Origin: Gemmatimonadales bacterium
GTDB lineage: Bacteria; Gemmatimonadota; Gemmatimonadetes; Gemmatimonadales; GWC2-71-9
Assembly: GCA_035488835.1 (NCBI GenBank)
Contig: DATHKX010000073.1
Location: 30,690-94,689, forward strand
Length of the DNA: 64,000 nt
Reading direction: 5' to 3'
A model generated the notes under the pieces. It made no database searches and was not told the origin of the DNA. It was given only the letters and a program-made list of their open reading frames with translations. The translations under genes and the position numbers were made by a program. Positions 9,150 through 17,338 of this stretch are shown one piece after another (position 1 is the stretch's first letter; every line of letters starts with the position of its first letter).

Positions 9150-9620
9150 TCAATCCGGCCGGGCCAGCAACTGATGCTTGAGCTGAATGATGTGGACGAA
9201 GGCGTCGACGGCAGCCAGGTCGGGGAATTCCATCCAGCACCACCGCACGCCGCCCGCGATCTGGCCGTCGCGGATGGCCTGGCGCGACGGCCGCGGGAGG
9301 CCGTCGGTCACCGCGAACTCGCGCTCCTCGCTCTCGGTGAGAATGAACGTGCCCGAGAGACCCGTCTCCATGGGATGGAGGTAGCCGAGCTTGCGCCCGC
9401 CGACCTCGTACATCCAGACCCATTTCCAGGCGGTGCCCATGAACACGACCTGCTCGGTGACGTGCCGGAGCGCGCGCATGCCCTCCCGCGCGCGCTTGAA
9501 CCGTTGCGCGGCGCGCGGCGGCAGATCCTTGAGCGGCGCGTCCGACTTGGGACGCTTGCGCGGGCTGGCGTAGAGATTGGTCGCCCAGTACCCGGCCGGC
9601 TGGTGATCGATGGGAATCAT
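9150..9620 (-). CDS. Hypothetical protein, 156 aa (possibly DUF3788-like; not confidently recognised)
   Basis: ATG at residue 97 of ORF 9150..9908 forms an ATGA overlap with the upstream enolase-family stop (9617). Last gene of the operon. Confidence 0.45.
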   Translation of the reverse strand: MIPIDHQPAGYWATNLYASPRKRPKSDAPLKDLPPRAAQRFKRAREGMRALRHVTEQVVFMGTAWKWVWMYEVGGRKLGYLHPMETGLSGTFILTESEEREFAVTDGLPRPSRQAIRDGQIAGGVRWCWMEFPDLAAVDAFVHIIQLKHQLLARPD

Positions 9621-10759
9621 AGTGGCTCTATATGTAAACCGCGGGTCACCGAACGGAAGCGCCCGGCGTCGAGCAGCCGAGCGATCGAGACGCCCGGCAC
9701 CGCCATGCGGCCGTCCTTGCTCATGCTCAGCTTGATCACGTCGGCACCGCGCCCGAACCAGCGCGCGCTCGGCTCCACGTCCGACGGATAGACGCACGCC
9801 TCGAGCGCCGCGACCGCGATGTCCGCCTGGGAGCCGATCCCGGACTCGGGCATCGTGCCGGCCCAGAGCTGGGCCCCGCATTCCGCGGCCACTCGGCAAA
9901 TGCGGCACGCTTCAGCGAGCCCGCCCACCCGATGCACCTTGAGGTTCCAGACCATGGGGCCGTCGAGCGCCAGGACCTGACGCGCAATTCCTGCGTCCCG
10001 CAGCGTTTCATCGAGGCACACCGGCGTCTTGAGCGCATGCGCCAGCCGCGCGTGGCCCACGAGCTCGTCGGGAGCGAGCGGCTGCTCAATGTACAGGAGG
10101 CCGGCATCGTCCAACGCGCGCAACGCGGGCTCGTGCTCGGGCCAAGTGTACGCGCCGTTCGCGTCCACGGTCAGCGGCACGTCCGTGCCGGCCATTGCTG
10201 CGCGGGCAGCCCGCACCGCGAGGTCATCCCACCCCGGGGCGACCTTGACCTTGACGCGTCGGTAGCCGTGCTGAAGCGCCTCGTACACGCGGCGCGTCAG
10301 GGTCTCGGCGCGGCGATCCTCGGGAATGCCGAGCGCCACGCCGCAGGGAAAGCTCGCCCCAGGGTCGACGCCGAGCCGCTCGGCGACGAGCTGCGGCAGC
10401 CCTGTGCCGCGGCGATGCGCCTCGAGGTCCCACGCCGCGGTCTCGATCCCCGCCCGGGCGAACGGATTGCCGCGCACATTCTCCCGCAGCGCGGCGTCCA
10501 CCGCCTCGGGGGAGTCGAACTCCCGACCGGCGATCCGCGGCGTGAGGACGCGGGTGATGAGATCACGAGCGCTGCCCAGCGTTTCCTCCGAGTAAAACGG
10601 CAGCTCGTCCGGGGCCGCTTCGCCGTAACCCACGTGCCCTTCGCCGTCGTGCAGCACCACGACCACCGACCGGCGCGCGTCGATCCGGCCGCCGGAGATG
10701 ATGAACGGCTCCGCGAACGGCAGCTCGAGCGCGTACAGGTCAACCCGCGCGATGCGCAT
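9617..10759 (-). CDS. Enolase-superfamily enzyme, muconate-lactonizing subgroup (o-succinylbenzoate synthase / N-acylamino-acid racemase-like)
   Basis: Starts MRIARVDLYALELPFAEPF. KxK motif (RVKVKV). Metal ligand contexts TVDANGAY, YIEQPL and CLDETL. Second catalytic Lys in WNLKVHRVGG. Confidence 0.8.
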   Translation of the reverse strand: MRIARVDLYALELPFAEPFIISGGRIDARRSVVVVLHDGEGHVGYGEAAPDELPFYSEETLGSARDLITRVLTPRIAGREFDSPEAVDAALRENVRGNPFARAGIETAAWDLEAHRRGTGLPQLVAERLGVDPGASFPCGVALGIPEDRRAETLTRRVYEALQHGYRRVKVKVAPGWDDLAVRAARAAMAGTDVPLTVDANGAYTWPEHEPALRALDDAGLLYIEQPLAPDELVGHARLAHALKTPVCLDETLRDAGIARQVLALDGPMVWNLKVHRVGGLAEACRICRVAAECGAQLWAGTMPESGIGSQADIAVAALEACVYPSDVEPSARWFGRGADVIKLSMSKDGRMAVPGVSIARLLDAGRFRSVTRGLHIEPL

Positions 10760-11942
10760 GGGCTCGCAGGTCGAGGAAACGGAGCTCGCCGCCGTGCCGC
10801 TCGAGCTCCCCGTGCGCTTCGAGCTCGAGCATCCCCGCAATCAGGCCGTCCCGCGGATGAAACACGAGCGCGTGGAGCGCCCGCTGGGGACGGGAGCCGT
10901 GCGTGGCGGGGTACTCGGAGAGCGGTAGCTGGAAGAAGGTGTGCAACTGGACGCTGTCGCAGCCGCAGCGGGCGTAGTCGAGGATCATGCGGCCGGAGTG
11001 GATGTTGCCGGTGCCGACAAGTTCCGGGATCCCCGCACTTGCGTGCGGGGTCAGTCGTACCACTGACCCCGGGCGCAAGCCCGGGGTTCCCGGGGTCAGT
11101 CGAGTCTCGAGCACCCGGAGATTGCGGTCGCTCAAATCCCAGCCTCCGTAGGCAACGCCTCGCTCGGCGTCGAACAGCCGATTGAATACGACCAGCGTGT
11201 CAGCTCCGGCGCATGCGTCCATCATCTCGACCTGGAACAGGTCATCGAACCGCGCGTTCATGAGCTTCACCGCGACGCGGACCGGGATCGGCGATGCGGC
11301 ATGGATGCGTGCGGGCACCTCGCGCAGCCACCGCAGGATCTGCGGGCGATCGTCGGCGAGCGCGTCGCCCGCCAGCGTGGGCGAGAAGTCCTTTTCCACG
11401 AGGAGCGGCGGCTCCCGCCAGGCGTCCGCCAGCTGCGCGGTCGTGTAGCGGTACTCGCCTTCACTGAACGGCTCCGCGAGTCGCGGCAGGTGGTACTTCA
11501 CCGACGGTACCACCAGAAGCCGGCCGGCTCGCGTGAGGTCCCGTCCGGTCCGCACCAATGTGAGGTAGTCGGTGAAGCTGCGATCCCAGCCGCGCCCCTT
11601 CCACGTGACGGTCCACCCCGCCCGGCCCCGGCCCGCCGGGCGTCGCTCGACCTGCATCTTCGTCTCGTGGATCGCCCACGCCGCCATCGTCCGCGCGCCG
11701 GTCTCGTCCTCGGCGATCACCGTCTTGAGCACCGCGAACGCGAGTCCCGCCGCGGCGTCATCCTCGAGTTGCCCGGCGTTGAGCGACAGCTGGCCCGAGC
11801 CCTTGCCGATGGGATGCGGAACGAGCTCGCCCAAATAGCGGGCGGTGAGATCGATCCGATAGGCCTGGCGCACGTGTGCCGGGAAGTCGCGCGGCAGCTC
11901 CCGCTTGAACCGATCGAAGTCCCGTTCGAGCTTCTCACGCAC
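10740..11942 (-). CDS. TIM-barrel flavoenzyme-like protein, distantly dihydroorotate/dihydropyrimidine dehydrogenase-like
   Basis: 400-aa ORF with HPIGKGSGQLS, VRVAVKLM, GTGNI and GCDSVQLHT segments that recall DHOD-family strands. The similarity is judged by eye only. Confidence 0.45.
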   Translation of the reverse strand: MREKLERDFDRFKRELPRDFPAHVRQAYRIDLTARYLGELVPHPIGKGSGQLSLNAGQLEDDAAAGLAFAVLKTVIAEDETGARTMAAWAIHETKMQVERRPAGRGRAGWTVTWKGRGWDRSFTDYLTLVRTGRDLTRAGRLLVVPSVKYHLPRLAEPFSEGEYRYTTAQLADAWREPPLLVEKDFSPTLAGDALADDRPQILRWLREVPARIHAASPIPVRVAVKLMNARFDDLFQVEMMDACAGADTLVVFNRLFDAERGVAYGGWDLSDRNLRVLETRLTPGTPGLRPGSVVRLTPHASAGIPELVGTGNIHSGRMILDYARCGCDSVQLHTFFQLPLSEYPATHGSRPQRALHALVFHPRDGLIAGMLELEAHGELERHGGELRFLDLRAHAHRAG

Positions 11943-11953
11943 AGGCGGATCGA

Positions 11954-13201
11954 CTAACCTCGAGGCCCTGCCCCGGGGTCAAACCGTGACAGCCGGAACT
12001 CGGGAGGCGCCGCGTTCCCAGCGAGCACCAGGTTCGCGACCAGCTCGCCGACGGCGGGCCCGTGCTTGAAGCCATGCCCCGACCCGCCGCCCACAAGCCA
12101 GGCGTTCGCCGCCGCCGGGTGCCGATCGATGATGAAGTGCTCGTCGGGAGAGTTCTCGTACTGGCACACCCGGGCTTCGACGAGCGGCGCGCCCTTCAAG
12201 CCTGGGAACCGAAACGCGAGATACTCCCGCGCCGCCTTCAGGGCCTCCGGCGAGGGCAGCCGCTCGCCCGTGGTGGGGTCGAACGGAGGGCCACGGGTGT
12301 CGTCGGCGACCTTGAACCCGCGCCACTCGTTGCCGGGAATCCCGTATATGAAACCTCTCCCGTGATCCGCCCACACGGGGAGCGCCTGCTCGGTGAACCG
12401 CACGTCGCCCGGGGGCGTGCCGAAAAAGAAGACCTCCTGGCGGGTGGCGCGGACCCGATCACCAATGACGTCCGGAAACAACTGCCCCAGCCACGGACCG
12501 CATGCGAACACGAACGCGTCGGCCGCGACCGTGCTGCCGTCGGAGAGCTTGATGTCGCGCAACTCGCCGGCGCCGAGACGCGCGCTGGGCTCCACGGCGA
12601 GCTGGCGGTATTCACCGCCTTCGGCGAGGAACCCCTCGAGCACAGCCGCGCAGGCGCGGCGCGCCGTGAGGTAGCCACCATCTTTCTCAAAGATGCTCCA
12701 GCGCACGCGCTCGCAGTTGATTTGCGGGTAACGGCGCGCCGTCTCCGCGCCCGACAGCTCTTCGAACGCCAAGCCGGCTTCCTTGAGCAGGGGCAGCGCC
12801 GCCTTTTCGTACGCGTCATCACTCTCCACTAGCCACAGCACGCCGATGGGATGGTACAATTTCAGGTGCCAGCCCCGCTCGTGCTCCTTCCACAACTGGA
12901 GCGCGCGCGCCGTGAGGTGCGTGTAGATCCCGCGAGGGCCGTAGGTCCCGCGGATCACCCGGGTCTCGCCACCGGAGCTGGCGCGCGAGTTGCCGGGCCC
13001 CCAAGCATCCACCAGCGTGACGCGGGCGCCGCCCCGCAGAAGGTGGAGCGCAGTCCAGCCGCCGAACGCCCCAGCCCCGATCACCACCACGTGTCGTTGC
13101 TTGCTCATCGGAATCCAGTCCTTCAGGAAGGGAGACGTGCCGAGTGCCGTGCTCGCGGCGGTGCAGGACTCGAGGAACGACCGCCTCGGGATGCGCCTCA
13201 C
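11954..13201 (-). CDS. FAD-dependent oxidoreductase, DAO family (D-amino-acid / sarcosine oxidase-like)
   Basis: Rossmann motif VVVIGAGAFGG. The GTG start forms a GTGA overlap with the upstream stop and gives the Tat-like N-terminus RRIPRRSFLE. An alternative ATG at 13108 (MSKQRH) is possible. Confidence 0.85.
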   Translation of the reverse strand: MRRIPRRSFLESCTAASTALGTSPFLKDWIPMSKQRHVVVIGAGAFGGWTALHLLRGGARVTLVDAWGPGNSRASSGGETRVIRGTYGPRGIYTHLTARALQLWKEHERGWHLKLYHPIGVLWLVESDDAYEKAALPLLKEAGLAFEELSGAETARRYPQINCERVRWSIFEKDGGYLTARRACAAVLEGFLAEGGEYRQLAVEPSARLGAGELRDIKLSDGSTVAADAFVFACGPWLGQLFPDVIGDRVRATRQEVFFFGTPPGDVRFTEQALPVWADHGRGFIYGIPGNEWRGFKVADDTRGPPFDPTTGERLPSPEALKAAREYLAFRFPGLKGAPLVEARVCQYENSPDEHFIIDRHPAAANAWLVGGGSGHGFKHGPAVGELVANLVLAGNAAPPEFRLSRFDPGAGPRG

Positions 13202-14079
13202 GCCGGCGTGGCGCGCCGAGTGCGCGCCTCGCGGACCGCGGCGCGCACGACGTCACGGTCGGACGGCGGCAGGCTCGGCCCCCACGGATCGTCGCACGCA
13301 TCGTCCGGGATCACACCGTCGGCCGCCAACGCCCACAGCATCCGGCGGACGTAGCCCTCCACGGGGCCAACGAACGTCGCGCTCGCGAAGCGATCGCACA
13401 CGCCCGACAGGCGGACGAATTTGCCGAAATCCCCCGAGCGGAACGATTCCATCAGCGCGACCTGGAGGTCGGTGAGCGCCGCCCCCATGCCGATCAATGC
13501 CGCTCGCGCTCCCATGGTGAGCGAGTAGCCCAGGAAACGGTCCTCACCGGTGATCAGCAGCTTGTCCGGGTGGTCTCGCATCAGCCCGGCGATCCGCTGA
13601 AACGTCACCACCGAGTCGAGCGTGGCCACCTTGATTCCGATCACGCTGGGGAGGGCGAGGATGCCGTGGAGGGTCTGGTTGTCGTACGCGACGCCGCCGG
13701 CGGCCTCGTACAGATAGAACGCGATCACCGGCAGCTCGCGGCCAAGCGCTGCGTGATACCCGACCGGATCGTCCGCCCGCGGGAAAGCGAGCAGCGCGTT
13801 GGCACCGCCCGCCTTCGCCTCGACCGCCATCTCGACGCTCGTCGCCCCCGCGACGATCTGACTCATCGGTAGCGCCGCCCGCCAAGTCGCGAGCACTCGG
13901 CGCCGCTCGTCACGCGACAGGTGCGGCCCGCGCCCGGTGTGCGACCACACCGCCACGCCAGCGACCTGATGATCCGCCATCCACCGGGCGTACGCCTGTT
14001 GCGCGTCGTCCGCAAGCTCCCGGCCACGGAACGGGACCGGGACGGCAGGGATCAGGCCCCACTCGAAGACGCCGGTCAG
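13198..14079 (-). CDS. Dihydrodipicolinate synthase / N-acetylneuraminate lyase family (class I aldolase-type) enzyme
   Basis: N-terminal GLIPAVPVPF matches the family GxxPAxxTPF strand, and the TIM-barrel length is right. No ATG, GTG or TTG lies within about 40 codons upstream. The only candidate start is CTG 14077-14079, which overlaps the upstream TGA. Confidence 0.65.
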   Translation of the reverse strand: MTGVFEWGLIPAVPVPFRGRELADDAQQAYARWMADHQVAGVAVWSHTGRGPHLSRDERRRVLATWRAALPMSQIVAGATSVEMAVEAKAGGANALLAFPRADDPVGYHAALGRELPVIAFYLYEAAGGVAYDNQTLHGILALPSVIGIKVATLDSVVTFQRIAGLMRDHPDKLLITGEDRFLGYSLTMGARAALIGMGAALTDLQVALMESFRSGDFGKFVRLSGVCDRFASATFVGPVEGYVRRMLWALAADGVIPDDACDDPWGPSLPPSDRDVVRAAVREARTRRATPA

Positions 14080-14849
14080 TGGAGTAGTCCCCCGCGGGCG
14101 TTTTCCGAGTCGATCGCCGCGCGCTGCGGCGGCGCCAGCTCGAGCAGGTCGACCTTCGCCACGCTCGCCTCCGGAATCCGGAGCGGCTGTCCGGTGCCGA
14201 ACACGAACCGGTCGAACCCGATCGTGCCGAGCAGGGTCTCCAGGTGATCTTCCGGGGGACCCCAGATCCAGCTCACGTCCCACCAGAGTCGTGCCGCTTC
14301 CTCGGGGGTCGATCCGAAGTGGACCTCTTCGATGAACCCGCGGTCGGCGTGCGTGATCAACAGCCGCACGTCCTCGTCGCTCCGAATCAAGGCCCGTACC
14401 GCCGCCGCCGGAAGCTCGGCGGCGTGGTCGTTGGGGTGACGCTGGCGCCCGTCCTCGAGGCGCACCGCCATCATCAGTGGCAGGTGCGCCGCGCCGCACG
14501 CCGCGGCCAGGATCCGCATCTCAGGCCCCGTCGGGTCGAGACCGTAGTACAGCGGATCGCACCGCCCGGCCGGGGCACCGCGGTCCGCCGCCTCACCCAG
14601 CGCGCCATCCCAGCCCGCGAGGCCGGGATGCAGCGCCGGCACCGGCTTGAGGCGCGGGTCGCGCGCCACGGTCTCGTACAGCCAAGCGTTCCCCTCCATC
14701 GGCTGGCGCCAGAACAAGCTTGGCACATGGCTCACCCAAGCTTCGTCGATCCCGGCGCGCTCCATGGCGCGCAACAGCCCATCGGAGGACGTACCGGGCA
14801 CCCGCCGATACGGATAGGCGCCGAGGAAGGTGTTGACGTCGATCCGCAT
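14076..14849 (-). CDS. Amidohydrolase-2 (PF04909-like) family metal-dependent hydrolase
   Basis: ATG (MRIDVNTFLGAYPYR...) lies internal to ORF 14076..15683. It overlaps the TAA of the upstream paralogue by 1 nt (TAATG). Confidence 0.72.
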   Translation of the reverse strand: MRIDVNTFLGAYPYRRVPGTSSDGLLRAMERAGIDEAWVSHVPSLFWRQPMEGNAWLYETVARDPRLKPVPALHPGLAGWDGALGEAADRGAPAGRCDPLYYGLDPTGPEMRILAAACGAAHLPLMMAVRLEDGRQRHPNDHAAELPAAAVRALIRSDEDVRLLITHADRGFIEEVHFGSTPEEAARLWWDVSWIWGPPEDHLETLLGTIGFDRFVFGTGQPLRIPEASVAKVDLLELAPPQRAAIDSENARGGLLH

Positions 14850-15649
14850 TAGTCGGCGGGGAACGCGCCGCGCGGGAAGATGCGCGCCGCGTTCCTCCAC
14901 TGCACGAGTTCCAGCTCGGGCGGCGGAAGCAAGCGCTCGAGATAACGCAGCTTGGCCCAGCCGGCGTCCATGGTGAGGTCCGTTCCCCAGAGCAGTCGCT
15001 CCACGCCGGCGGCCTCGAGGCACGCTTCGAGCATGCCGCCGTCCACACCGCTCCCTGAGAGATCGACGTAGACGTTGGGCGTGGCGCGCAGGGCAGCAAG
15101 TGAGTGTTCCCAGTCGCCGCCCCCGCCGATGTGCGCCAGGATGAATCGCACCTGGGGGTGGCGCGCGGCCAAGGCGGCGAGCTCCGGCCCGTCCGATGCT
15201 TCCTGCCCCGGGCGGTCCCCCCTCCGGTTCTGCCACACATGGTGCAGGACCGGAACCCTCCGTTCCCCCGCCAGCTCGCAAATCGGATCGAGCAGGGGGT
15301 CTGTCGCGCGGCGGCTCGCCGCGAGCTTGATCCCCACCATCCCGGCGCCGAGGCAGCGGGCGATCTCGGCGCGCGCGTGGGGCGTGTAGTTTGGGTTCAC
15401 GGTGACGTAGCCGCGGATCAGATTGGGGTGCTCTCGTTCGAGCGCGAGGAGGGCGCTGTTGCCATCCTCCACGTCCCTGGGCGACGGGAAGTACGTCGGC
15501 GATGTCCGACCCCAGCTTCCGAGGATCGAGGCGACGTGGATCGTCACCCCGATCTTGCGCCCCGCCGCCAGCCGGCTGGCATTGCGCTCGCGCCAATCGG
15601 CCCGGGGGCTGGCGGCATGGTAGAAGTGGGCATGGACGTCGATCAACAT
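14849..15649 (-). CDS. Amidohydrolase-2 family metal-dependent hydrolase
   Basis: Starts MLIDVHAHFY (HxH metal motif). Also has VPVLHHV, ILAHIGGG and WGTD segments. First gene of the operon. Confidence 0.8.
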   Translation of the reverse strand: MLIDVHAHFYHAASPRADWRERNASRLAAGRKIGVTIHVASILGSWGRTSPTYFPSPRDVEDGNSALLALEREHPNLIRGYVTVNPNYTPHARAEIARCLGAGMVGIKLAASRRATDPLLDPICELAGERRVPVLHHVWQNRRGDRPGQEASDGPELAALAARHPQVRFILAHIGGGGDWEHSLAALRATPNVYVDLSGSGVDGGMLEACLEAAGVERLLWGTDLTMDAGWAKLRYLERLLPPPELELVQWRNAARIFPRGAFPAD

Positions 15650-15768
15650 GCATCAATCTGAGTAGCAGACGCCAAGACGCCAAGCCGCAACGGGTTCAGA
15701 CTGCCCGCGGCTGGGCGCCTGGCAACCCGTATTGGCGACCTGATCGCTGTTTCCTATGTTGTGTCTCC

Positions 15769-16542
15769 ATGCGCACCCCGCCCCCGAACCCCCCGCGCCC
15801 TCCCGGAGGGCCGCCTCCCCGCGGTCCCACGCCCCCTCCCCGCGGCCCCACGCCCCCCCCGCGCGGCCCCACGCCGCCACGCGGTGGCGCGGCGCCCAAA
15901 GCCGGGCCGCCGCCCCGGCCCCCCGTCAAGCCGCCGGCGGCCAAGCGGGCCGCGCGCAAGCTGCCGGGCTGGCTCGCCCGCGCACAGCGTCTGCTGCTGC
16001 AGCCGACGCAGGAGTGGGCAACGATCGCCGGCGAGTTCACGAGCGCCGGCCCGATCTATATGCGCTACCTCGTTCCCATGGCGGCCATCGGCCCCATAGC
16101 TGCAACCATCGGGGGGGTCGTGTTCGGCGAGCGTGGCAGCCTGCTGACGTTCGGGACCGTCCCGATGAATGCCGGGACCGCGGTACAGGCGGGGGTCCTC
16201 GAGTACGTGCTCAATCTCGTGGGCGTATACGTGCTGGCGATGGCGATCGACGTGATCGCGGGGTCGGTCGGGGGACAGCGGAACCGCGTGCAGGCCCTGA
16301 AGGTCGCGGCGTACGCAAGTACACCGTACTGGCTGGCCAGCGCATTCGCGCTGTTCCCCAGGATCGAGCCGCTGGGAATGCTGGTCGGGCTGTACAGCGT
16401 GCGGCTGTTCGCGCTTGGCCTTGCGCCTTGCATGAAGGTGCCCCGCGACAAGGCGGCTGCCTTAACACTCCTGACGAGCATTGCGGCGGCGTTGATAGTG
16501 CTGGTGATTACCGCGATCATCACCCGCCTGGTCGTGGCTTAA
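15769..16542 (+). CDS. Yip1-domain (YohC/DUF1282-like) polytopic membrane protein with a proline-rich N-terminal tail
   Basis: ATG at residue 90 of ORF 15502..16542. After the Pro-rich tail comes LLLQPTQEWATIAGE, followed by about 5 TM helices. Confidence 0.7.
   Translation: MRTPPPNPPRPPGGPPPRGPTPPPRGPTPPPRGPTPPRGGAAPKAGPPPRPPVKPPAAKRAARKLPGWLARAQRLLLQPTQEWATIAGEFTSAGPIYMRYLVPMAAIGPIAATIGGVVFGERGSLLTFGTVPMNAGTAVQAGVLEYVLNLVGVYVLAMAIDVIAGSVGGQRNRVQALKVAAYASTPYWLASAFALFPRIEPLGMLVGLYSVRLFALGLAPCMKVPRDKAAALTLLTSIAAALIVLVITAIITRLVVA
15814..15876 (+). repeat. Three tandem 21-bp repeats encoding (P)PRGPTP
   Basis: Units: cctccccgcggtcccacgccc / cctccccgcggccccacgccc / cccccgcgcggccccacgccg. They lie in frame within the Yip1 gene. 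Confidence 0.9.
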
Positions 16543-17336
16543 CGCCGCTCCCGGAACGCTGTGCGCGTCACCCCGCCCTCGCGGCCGAGGAGCCACGCGG
16601 CGATGGTGAGTCCTACGATCGCGAACAGGGCGAGCGCGGCGCAGTCGAGCGGCACGGGGAGCTCGCCGCCGTAGCCCGCTCCCGCCCACGCGCCGAGCAG
16701 AGCGTGCTTCAGCAGGTCCACGCCGTACGCGAGGGGGTTCGCGTAGGCGACGGCGCGCAACACGGGACCGAGATGCCGCACGGGATATAAGGCACCCGAC
16801 AAAAAGAGCATCGGGAAGACCACGAAGTTCATGACGCCCGCGAAGTTTTCGATCGACCGGATACTCGCCGCGATTACCACACCGAGCGCGCCCAGCGCCA
16901 GCCCTGAGAGGACGACGGCGACGAGCCCGAGCAGCGCCCCCGCGAGCGTGGGTCGCAGGTGGACCAGCGGGAGCAGCAGCCCCGCCACCACGATTACCTG
17001 AGCGGTAGCGAGCAGCGTCGCGCCCAAGGCCTTGCCCAACGCGACCGTGCTGCGCCGGACCGGCGCGACCAGCATCATGCGGAGCACTCCGGCCTCGCGG
17101 TCGGTCACGGTGGAGAGGGCCGCGAGCAACGAGCCGAACATCACCACCATGCCGAGCAGGCCGGGGGCCATGTAGACGCGGTAGTCGATCTCGTTCCGCC
17201 CCGCGAACACGCCGGCGAACCCCGCGCCGGCAAACACCAGCCACACGAACGGCCGCCCGATGCTCGCCAGCACCCGGCCGCGCTGCCGCAGGAACCGTAG
17301 GAACTCGCGTGCGACGATCCCGTACACCGCGCGCAT
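16539..17336 (-). CDS. ABC-2 type transporter permease
   Basis: ATG (MRAVYGIVAREFLRFLRQ...) at residue 78 of ORF 16539..17567. Six predicted TM helices, ABC-2 exporter-like. It starts 2 nt after the ATPase stop. Confidence 0.8.
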   Translation of the reverse strand: MRAVYGIVAREFLRFLRQRGRVLASIGRPFVWLVFAGAGFAGVFAGRNEIDYRVYMAPGLLGMVVMFGSLLAALSTVTDREAGVLRMMLVAPVRRSTVALGKALGATLLATAQVIVVAGLLLPLVHLRPTLAGALLGLVAVVLSGLALGALGVVIAASIRSIENFAGVMNFVVFPMLFLSGALYPVRHLGPVLRAVAYANPLAYGVDLLKHALLGAWAGAGYGGELPVPLDCAALALFAIVGLTIAAWLLGREGGVTRTAFRERR

Positions 17337-17338
17337 GC

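Noticed and set aside
15669-15684. Tandem 8-mer ACGCCAAG x2 in the divergent spacer between the amidohydrolase operon and the Yip1 gene
   Set aside because: There are only two copies with no partner elsewhere in the window. It cannot be distinguished from chance or from an ordinary operator half-site pair.
15720-15737. Sigma-54-like string TGGCAAcccgtaTTGGCG upstream of the Yip1 gene
   Set aside because: The GG-to-GC spacing is two nucleotides too long for a -24/-12 promoter, and the -12 TTGC is not in register. It is most likely chance.
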